A stretch of DNA of 60,977 nt from the NCBI GenBank assembly GCA_012026655.1, contig JAAILG010001852.1:1-60977 (forward strand). The letters are read 5' to 3'. The notes beneath the pieces were generated by a model. The model ran no database searches and was not told where the DNA came from. It saw only the letters and a program-made list of their open reading frames with translations. The translations under genes were made by a program, and so were the position numbers. The stretch is from Hydrolagus affinis. Its lineage: Eukaryota. This document shows positions 52,201-60,977 of the stretch, piece after piece. Positions within the stretch are counted from its first letter, which is position 1; each line of letters begins with the position of its first letter.

Positions 52201-52849
52201 AATGTGCGCAACACGTTCAGTATTAAGAATTTAATATCTAGTAACCGACAATATAGCGCAATGTGCTTATTCATCTACTTGTTGCAATCTCCATAACTAA
52301 ATTTATATATACATATATAATCCTTCCTTTTGATCTAGTGGCTTATCATTTTGGTGTCTCAAAGCGCTTCACAACCTATGCTGTTAAGTGGATTGACTGT
52401 GTGTATTTTCTGGTCAAAATAATGGTAAAGTATTGTAGTATTATTGATCCTCAAGTATCCACAATCTGACCCTCCACTCTTCAGCACAAAAACACATCCA
52501 CATGATCCTGCCCCCACCACCATAAATGCTGGTTTTGAAGCAATTTTAAAAAAAATCATGTCCTATTTCCTGTTACTGGTTAGCTTTCAGCCACAAGATG
52601 TTTTTCCTTCTCACCAGCAGCAAATCCTTCCTGGCTGCCGAACACAACATGTCAAATCGCATTTCGAGCAGGTTACTAACTCTTACAAGTCATTACTGGG
52701 CCAAAAGAAAAGTTCAGGCTCACCTTTCTCGCCACAACAGCGATAGCCTGCTACAAACCCACCATAAATGTAGTTTGGGGCTTACGCTGTTTACCTGTGT
52801 GGTGCGGGACAAGCAACAAATGGGCCCAGCGGTTGTGATTGTGAATTGA

Positions 52850-53236
52850 ATTGATTCCTCAATTCAAAATACTGGTCCTCACTTTTAAAGCCCTCCGTCG
52901 TCTTGCTCACCCAACCTCTGCGATTACCAACCCGTCTGCTCCCTCCTCTCAGTGGGCTAGGCCTGCTCCATGTCCCCCAATCGACCCGCCCCACCCCCGA
53001 CCTCTGGAATTCCATCCGCAAGTCCATCTGCCTCGCCCCCCTCCCTAGCTGATTTCAAATCCTGCTTCAAGATGCTCCTCTTCGACAGTGGCATTGGTCA
53101 CCACGCTTCCCCTCATTTCACTCCACCCTTCCTGATCCTGACCCCAGCTTGGTTCTGAAACACTGACTGTTCAGCGCCTTGGGACATCCTCCTGACATGA
53201 TAGGCGCTATACAAATAGAATTTTTGTTGTTGTTGT
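52850..53236 (+). mobile_element. L2 LINE 3' fragment
   Basis: QFKILVLTFKALRRLA remnant; cagcgccttgggacatcctcctgac hairpin and (TTG)n tail. Confidence 0.88.
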
Positions 53237-53239
53237 GTG

Positions 53240-53788
53240 ACCGCGACCCCATCACCCCCATTCTCGCACAGCTTCACTGACTCCCCATCCCTCAGGGGAT
53301 CGAAATAAAAATCTTCGTCCGCACCTTCAAAGTCCTCCACGGCCTTGCCCCCTTCGATCTTTCTGACCTGCCGACCCCCTATCCGCTCCCTCCATTCAGC
53401 GGATTATGGCCAGCGCCGTATCTCCCTCCAACCCTCTTCTATGTCTCTTCTATATATATGCGTGTTTATGAGTGTGTCTGCATGAATGTGTGTTTCTCTG
53501 TCTGCCTGTGTGTACATGTCTTTTTCTGTCTATGAGTGTGGGTGTCTCTCCGGGTGTTTGTGTCTCTGTGTCTCAGAGTGTGTGTGTTTCTTTCTGTGTC
53601 TGTGAGTGTGTGTGTCTCTGAGTGTGTGTGTGTTTCCCTCTAACTCTGAGTGTGCTTGTCTCCCTCCTTCTGTCGCTCTCCCACTTCTCTCCATCTCCCC
53701 TACCTTGCCCCTCCCCCATGCTTGCATCTTGGCCCCTGACTGTTCAGTGCCTTGGGACATCCTCCTGACGTGAAAGGCATTCTATAAG
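53240..53788 (+). mobile_element. L2 3' fragment interrupted by a TG/TC-rich low-complexity tract; its tail continues at 54244-54270
   Basis: QLH*LPIPQGI…FKVLHGLAP remnant; hairpin at 53745-53783; (TTG)n tail displaced by the CR1 insertion. Confidence 0.8.
53450..53650. repeat. Degenerate (TG)n/(TC)n microsatellite
   Basis: Interspersed gtgtgt and tctctg runs. Confidence 0.8.
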
Positions 53789-54243
53789 TTATAGCCTATC
53801 CCCAGTTACAGGGAAAGGCTAGATAGGCTAGGTTTATTCTCGTTGGAATAGAGAAGGTTGAGAGGAGACCTAATCGAGGTTTATAAAATCATGAGGGGAT
53901 TCGACAGGGTGAATAAGGAAAAGTCCACTGTTTCCACTGGTGGGCGAATCTGTGACTCGTGGTCACAGAATTAAAATAGTTTCAAAACAAACCAGAGGGG
54001 AGCTGAGGAGAATTTTTTTCACTCAGCGGGTTGTTCGAATCTGGAATACATTGCCTGAAAAGGTGATGGAGGCCGTTTCAATAACAGCTTTTAAAAGAGA
54101 ATTAGATCTTTATTTAGGGAGAACAGGTCTGTTTATGGGGAGAGAGCTGGGCAGTGGGATTGAGTTGTACTTTTCAAAGAGCCGGCACAGACTAGATGGG
54201 CCGAATGGCCTCCTTTTGTGCCGTAAAATCCTATGATTCTATA
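53789..54243 (+). mobile_element. CR1 LINE 3' fragment (ORF2 C-terminus plus 3' UTR)
   Basis: SYRERLDRLGLFSLE*RRLRGDLIEVYKIM…TRGH…FFTQRVVRIWNTLP motifs; gggccgaatggcctcc hairpin; ctatgattctat tail; ATAAG duplicated on both sides. Confidence 0.92.
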
Positions 54244-56136
54244 ATAAGTGTAATTTTGTTGTTGTTGTTGCCTCTCTCTGGGTCTCTATGTCTGTGTGCG
54301 TTGCCGGCCCTGAGAGGCAGGAGGTGATGAGCTTCTGTAGTTTCGCTGATGTGTATCCCCTGCCCCACCACCCCTCTCCTATCACCACTTTATCCATAAG
54401 AAAGGCCATCCAGGTTTTGGGCAAGAATTGTTTTTGTCGCAATCTATTATGTGTTATTTCCTTATGTTTCATTTTCATTAAAAAACAGAAAATATGTAGC
54501 AGTAAAATGTGTCTCAATAGTATTGATCAACACCTGTACTGTCTCTGAAAAATTTTGCGAAGCTGTCCTCAATTTTCCAGAAGATTTGTAAAGCGCTTTG
54601 TGTGCAAAAATATCCGCACTTTTCTACTTGCCCAAACATTGCTGTTCAGGGCCAACCTCTCCATTTACCCTATTGAAAATGCTGCAATGAATTGCAACAA
54701 CATAGCTTGTGCTCATATAACACAGTTCACATAAGGATAATATCTTTGAATTGCTTCACTGAGCAGAGGAGGTGGTGGCGATAGGGGTACAGTGACTGAA
54801 CATTCATGTGAAGGTTTAGTTTTTTTAGAAAGCTTTTGAAAACAAAGTGGAACAATGTGAGCTGAAGGGATTTAGGAAGAGAGTTCCAGTTAGCAAAGGC
54901 AAAGAAGCTGAAACACAAGCTTCCCGGACACCTCTCCTACACAATTACTGAGCATTGCAATCTATTTATCAGAGGGAGTCAAATCCATCTACAAGGAAAC
55001 CCCATTACAGTACCCTTCTATCCAGCACTCTACTCACAGTGCGGGACTGTGATTGACTAGCTGGCTTCCTGCACTAAAATATGGCTGACATTCTGGGTTG
55101 TCCAATTGCCTCTTCTTATAAGAATTGTTGCTTATGTCACTTCCGATGACCAGCCCACGGACATGATATCAGCCACAACCTGACAGCCCAGAAGTCGACC
55201 ATATTTTTAATGCCTCAATTATAACCCAGTTACTCATATTACAGGTGGCTTTCCCGGGAATTGGATTATTTTGTATTACATTTTCATGTAGAAATTGTGG
55301 AAAATGTTTAAATCCAGTTTTAATTTAGGAAGTCAGTTGTCTTTTGGAAAAGAGACAATTTTTTTTTAACTTGCAATTCTACAATCTTGAATTTTGGGAT
55401 AATAGTTTTATCTTTTGTATCAACCTACAAATAATACAGAATACTTCATTTGGAAACAGATGACCTTCCCAGGACTGCATGGGAATTCTCAATTCACTGA
55501 TGATAATAATAATAATAATCCTTGCATTTGATAAAGTGCCTTTCACGTCAGGAGAATAGCAACAATGACAACAACTTGCATTATATAGCACTCCTCACGC
55601 AGGCTACCGTCCCAGACCGAGGACATCTTAAAACACTTCAAGCAGTTTTATTTTACCGAAAAACGCACTGTTGAAAAGTTGTTGTTTTTATAATTAACTT
55701 TCCATATACTGTATCCTGTACAAAGAATATACAATGACTGGCCATGGATTATCCCAAACGTAAGGAAGGCCTTTTAAACTTGTTTGTGATTCCTTCATTA
55801 AAGAATAAATTGGACATTCTATTGTCTGGTGTTTACATCCCTCCTCTGAACATTGTGCACAGAACTTTTTAAATTTTTTTAAAAAAGAATTGCTGGCCTT
55901 CTGTGACTCGGATTCAGGAGGAGATGAGCTGAAGTGAGTCTTTGTCCTGGAACTTGTGATCTTTACGAAAAATGTAAAATGCACATTTCCTGTTGAATTA
56001 TCTGTGACCTTTGTTTTTTTGCTGTTGTATTCTTTTACATCCGAGGGTATATATGCCCAAGGAAAGAAATGCATTCCTCTGCCTTTATATTATTTTAAAG
56101 CAATACATTCCTGCAATATCTACATTAGCATTATGC

Positions 56137-56280
56137 ACAACAACAACAAAGTTACATTTAGCGCTGGACAGTCAGTGTTTCGGACCCGAGCAGGGGTCAG
56201 GATCGGGGAGGGAAGGGACGGTAAGGAGTGTGAACGATGACACAGGCAAACGAGTGGGTCTTGACAGAGGCTAGAGAGGG
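56137..56280 (-). mobile_element. L2 3' fragment lacking the terminal hairpin
   Basis: (CAA)n-aagttacattt joined directly to agcgctggacagtcag. Confidence 0.7.
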
Positions 56281-56721
56281 GGTGATAATATTGTTACTTG
56301 AAATCCTCTTTGTTCAACAGATATGCATCATTTGTTACAAGAAATTTATTTTGTATTTTAATTGACTATTTTAGCACTTAGATTGTAGGTAAGATCTGAG
56401 AATGTTTTTATAGACATTTTTGTAGCACCTTGTCACATCAAAACACCGGAATTTAAAGTATAATGCACATATTCGCTTTTGAGTGTTTTGACAGATTTTC
56501 TGGACAAATGTGGCGGCTAATTACATCAGAAAATATCTACAATGTACTTTTCATGAAGCCATGAAGTAAATGATGAATTTGGCCAGGAGACTGATAGAAA
56601 TCCTCAAAAGATGGTGCTTCCGAAAATGCAATTCTCCACACAGGACTGGAATTCAGAGGAACTTCTGGGAAAGAAAATCAGTTGTTGATTTGGTGACAAC
56701 TGATCTTACCTGGAAGATTTT

Positions 56722-56760
56722 TCAATCAATCGATTGATCGATCAACCAATCAATCAATCA
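56722..56760. repeat. (CAAT)n microsatellite with inverted internal units
   Basis: tcaatcaatcgattgatcgatcaaccaatcaatcaatca. Confidence 0.8.
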
Positions 56761-57124
56761 GCAGCCCTGATACTGAGTTAGCATAATGGTGCCATAGGTG
56801 AGCTCTGATTAATCTCTCCAGATTAAGTCAGGGAACTCAGTATTACTTGTTTCAGCATGCTGATTCTACTGGTAAACAAATGTTGGAGGAAGTTAGATTA
56901 AAGATAACATGGTTGGAAGAACAGTCTATTGTCCCACATGAAATTTGAAGATCGCTGAGTACGCAAACAAACAAAACGAGTTTTTCATGACCCTCTGTAT
57001 TGTTGTCTGACTGTTGTTTGTTGGGGTCTGTTTAGTTATGTTTGTAAATGGGCAGAGACTACTCCAGTGTGCTTCATTATAACCCCATGATCTCTGCCTG
57101 CTGTGTCAAGGAGCCATAATACCA

Positions 57125-57450
57125 CAACAAAACATAGCAACATTTATTTATATTGTGCTCTTCACTCCAGGTAGAGTCTCAAAGAGGTTAAAAGTGGTGT
57201 GGCTTGATCCCAAGCCTGGGAGAAAGGGGTGGCGACCATAGGTACAATCAAGAAAGGAAAATATTCAGGTGCATTCTGAAAATGGGCAAAGAAGGGGCAA
57301 GGTGAAGGGATTGAGGCAGAGAGTTCCAGAGGTTCAGGGCATATTGGCTAATAGCACGGCCACGTGTAAAAGGTCCTGGATAAGTGAAAGGGTTGGTAGA
57401 GGAGTGAGGTGTGAATAGGTCAGATAGGTACCAAGATGCTTGACCCTGAA
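57125..57450 (-). mobile_element. L2 3' fragment, degraded
   Basis: caacatttatttatattgtgctcttcac tail; aagggattgaggcagagagttccagagg motif. Confidence 0.65.
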
Positions 57451-58042
57451 GGGATTTGTATGTGAGTCGGTTAGAAAATGAATAGGAAGTGTTGTAAAGA
57501 TATGTTGCCAGTATTTGCCAGGTTTCCTGTTACTTTGTCTGTTTAGTGTATGTACCAAACATAATATATTTAAGCTATAGTTTTATATTGCTGAACATGT
57601 TGGGATGGTGCATCTGCAAGTGAAAAATGAATGTAATTCTAAATGAAGACATTTGATGGTTTAGAATGGGGGAGAGAAACTCATCACACATAAACCATGT
57701 TTGGGAATAAAATGTCTTTCCTTGGAAAAGGCAGGAATTATGAAGTGTCTGCAATAATGTGACAGTTGATGATTTCAAGCTGTAGTTGCAATGCTCCCAG
57801 ACATGATCTGGTCTACTTCACAGCAATCGCGTGACTCTTCATTCTTCCATTGAAGAATACGATCACGGTAAAGCGCCATATTGCTGAGACTTGTTTGATG
57901 AGTTATTTTATTCATTAAACATGTGTACATTTGCCAATTGAGCACCTTTGACTGGGATTTCCTATTTCTTTTAATCGACTTTTAGAAATTGCCTATTAGA
58001 AATGGGTTTATGCTGCTGCTGTACATATTGTGTAAAGCACAT

Positions 58043-58344
58043 GTGGAGTCACGTAGCTCAGTACTTAGAGCACTTGCCTTGCAAACGAGAGACCTGGGCT
58101 TGAATCCGGGTCAGGGCGAACCGTGGGCAAGGTTCCTTACTCCACACACCTGATAATAATCCCTCCAAAAAAATAATAAATTGGTCATCTCAATCCACGA
58201 CTGTTTGTGGGACATTGCTGTGCAAAATTGGCTGCCACTTTTCACCATTTCAATTTACAGTATATTCTGTAAAGTTCCTTGAGACATCTAGAAGACATAA
58301 AAAGTGCTGTATCAAATGCAAGGATTATTATTTATTATTATTAT
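58043..58344 (+). mobile_element. Full-length tRNA-headed Deu-type SINE
   Basis: gtggagtcacgtagctcag head, B-box-like ggcttgaatcc, core, and (ATT)n tail. Confidence 0.9.
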
Positions 58345-59489
58345 GCCAAATGGCAATTTGAGCTCTGTGCATGTGTGTATGTGCTTGTGATGTGAGACTT
58401 CCTTAGTCATTCTAAAAGTCCAAATTAGCTACTGGTCTAAGGATCTATTTGAATAATTAGGATGACTGAATTTATGTGCTTATATTAACATCAGATATTG
58501 TACTGGAACCAACACAGCTATCAGTCAGACAGGATGTGCTTCATCTTAAAATTGCAGTGTTGCTGCCACCAGTCTGTTATCAGATGTGCACTGGTATCAG
58601 TATAAATCTGCCTCCAGCTAAGTACAAAACAGCAATAGACCACTAACGAGATCAGAACTTTCGAGATTCAGATTATGGATAGAACAGATCAGTGAGCGCT
58701 AAGAAACCAAAAAAGAAGTCATTCAGCTGCGGTTAGAAGATTGAAGTGTTAAAGATAAATGGCACCACTTATTTGTCATGCATGTAGCCCGTGAGGATGA
58801 ACCTTTCCCTGTTTACAAGTTCCATGTCTGAAGAATGAATTGCGGTGTTTGTGGTTTGTGACAGATATTTCATATTTCCTACATAACATTTTCAATTTAG
58901 TCAGCAGGGTTAAAATCTGCCATGGCCTGTCTCATCTACTTATTACCAAATTTATTCTTTTAATCTCCCATCCCAACAGGTAAACGAAAGTCTCATTGGA
59001 ACACACATTGCTTGAGTGCAGGTTTGCTGAGAGGGTGGGTTTACTGTGGACGTATACTGAACGGAAAGCTATAATTACACCTGGTTTCAACACTGACTAC
59101 AAGCCAGCTTCCAATACTAAATCATAGCTAACTTGGAGTTGACAATCATGTCGTTGGTGACCTCATTTGAGGATCCACACTGTTCAGGAAGCCTTACTAA
59201 TGATAATATCACTCCCCATATGGGAAATGCTGCTGAAGTCACAGTGACAGTCATATGCAGTCCATAAGAAGTTATGACCAGAAGCCACTTCGTTATAGCA
59301 GCCTCCGGCATACGATACAAATGGTGACATTTATTGTACATAAATTCAGATATTGAACCCAGCCAATTGAATAACAATGGGGTTGCCTGTATCTCTTAAT
59401 TTGGAAACTGTTTTGCCTCCATGCCAGCAAGGACTTGTTTTGAAGTTTAAAATTGTAATAAACAAAATGATAGCCAATTCCATATTCTA

Positions 59490-59880
59490 CAACAACAACC
59501 TTCACTTATATAGTGCACTCCACACGGAGTTGCATCTCAGAGCGCTTAACAGCCTAACTCCGAGCTAGTGGGTGCGGGGAGGTGACTGTATGCACAGTCA
59601 AAAAGGAAGGTTTCCAGGCAGGACCTGAAAAGGGGGAGAGAGGGAACAAGGTGGAGTGATAGAAGGAGAGTGTACCAGAGTATTGAGGCATAGTGGCTGA
59701 AAGTGTGACCTCGAATGGTGAAGCGAGGGACAAGCAGGAGGCTGGTGTCAGTCGAGCAGAGGCATCGGGTGGTGGATTGGGGAGGTTGAAGAGTTGGGGA
59801 GGTGCCAGGGAGTGAATAGATTTGAACACAAATGTGAGGATTTTTAAGTTGATCCATTTAGTGATGGGGAGCTGGTGGAA
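59490..59880 (-). mobile_element. L2 LINE 3' fragment
   Basis: Minus-strand HQLPITKWINLKILTFVFKSIHSLAP and LFRSCLETFLF; (CAA)n tail on +. Confidence 0.85.
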
Positions 59881-60831
59881 CCTAGTCATTCAAACAATGT
59901 AGTGTGTTGTTGACCAGTTGGATTAGAGTTTAGAATTGGTATTGGTCAATGGTAATACAGTACATTATTTCCTTGTTCTAAGAATGTGAGGAGGCAGTGG
60001 TGAAAGATTTCACAAAAGTTAACCAACGTTTTCAAAACTAGAACACATTTAACAGATTGATCTGTCTTAAAATGAGCTATTGCTGATCTTATTAATGCTC
60101 ACTGACAAAATGAAATGTCAGCAGTTATGGACACAAGTAGAATTATGACAAAATTGTGCACTTGGACGTGTTTTCGATGACTAATCCATAAAGTTATTTT
60201 GTTCTGTTGTAATTCTGCTGATTCCTGCTCCTCTCGTGGAAACGAAGGGATGTTGCCAAAATATTGCATTAGCTATGATAATGGATTTGTGCAAGCTAGC
60301 ACACCCACTGACCGAGAGACAGCCTACAAGTTGTTACTTGCTGCCATGTCTGGTTTCTACATCTCTTATTAACCCATGAATTCCAATCAAGTATAGAATC
60401 TTAGAATGTTGCTCAAGAAGATTCATCTTCAATATACATCAAGCAGGATACAATACTGTGTAAATTTATGTTTATATAGTGCCTTTCATTTTGGGAAGAC
60501 ATCCCAAGGTGCTAGAACGTTTGTTTATTTGCAGAGAAGGAAGGAAGGTATATCTGTGAAAAAGCAATAAAAATGTACTGTAGCACATGAATCGAAATCT
60601 ACCACTGTAAACATCATCTAGAATAGTTTATAAATATATCTACTTCAACGTGAGTTGCTTTTCACTTGATTTCCACATTTGTACAACATTTTAGATGTAT
60701 TCACAATTCTACAGAATTAAGCTTTTTTTAAATTCATCTTTTTTAATGACTGTTCGCAGGAAATAATACAAAATGAATCCTGCTGATTGGGTAGGCAATT
60801 GCTTAATTGAAACAAAGGCACAATTCTGTCT

Positions 60832-60977
60832 TTGTTCGATCAAAAACTTTCCTTCCTCCCCCACATCCGCGCCTTAACCGGCAACGCTTATTTCCACCTG
60901 CGTAATATTGCCAGACTCCGCAACTACCTCACCCCCCGCGCTGCCGAAACACTCGTGCACGCGTACATCACCTCGAG
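60832..60977 (+). mobile_element. 5'-truncated, apparently young L2 ORF2 fragment running off the window end
   Basis: Open frame LFDQKLSFLPHIRALTGNAYFHLRNIARLRNYLTPRAAETLVHAYITS; many CpGs intact. Confidence 0.88.

Larger units (their letters stand above)
23062..60977 (+). other. MYO10: 5' part of MYO10 intron 2 (at least 37.9 kb; exon 3 not found)
   Basis: Starts at the GTGAGC donor. No VFTYKQ…DDMA…NL…RY-like exon 3 seen by eye or in the ORF track. Confidence 0.7.

Noticed and set aside
60760-60790. Possible exon between ttcgcag and gtaggc
   Set aside because: Stop codons in all three frames and no similarity to MYO10 exon 3.

Overview
Eukaryotic, AT-rich, repeat-dense vertebrate genomic DNA. 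The repeat content suggests a cartilaginous fish, plausibly a holocephalan such as elephant shark; this is an inference from tRNA-headed Deu-type SINEs with (ATT)n tails, L2 LINEs with (TTG)n tails and CR1 3' ends. I find only one supportable host coding exon: 99 nt, phase 0-0, at 22963-23061 (+), encoding GTRVWLRENEQYIPSTVSAFGGGVINFTTDYGQ, which matches exon 2 of myosin-X (MYO10) or a MYO10-like paralogue. The rest of the window is therefore intron 1 and intron 2. It is filled with L2, CR1, SINE and Penelope-like relics and several non-autonomous DNA transposons (hAT, Tigger/pogo-like, CACTA-like). The supplied ORFs are chance ORFs or L2/CR1 ORF2 debris. I see no evidence of a new protein-coding system. 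The most interesting signals are: (i) recurrent ~60-66 nt insertions made only of the L2 3' hairpin plus tail; (ii) two ~135 nt TSD-flanked Penelope-like units starting with a degenerate hammerhead-ribozyme core; (iii) an LF-SINE-like relic and an old tRNA-SINE family I cannot name; (iv) two speculative in-frame alternative first exons. Family assignments come from my recollection of consensus sequences, not from searches. Boundaries of old repeats are approximate.
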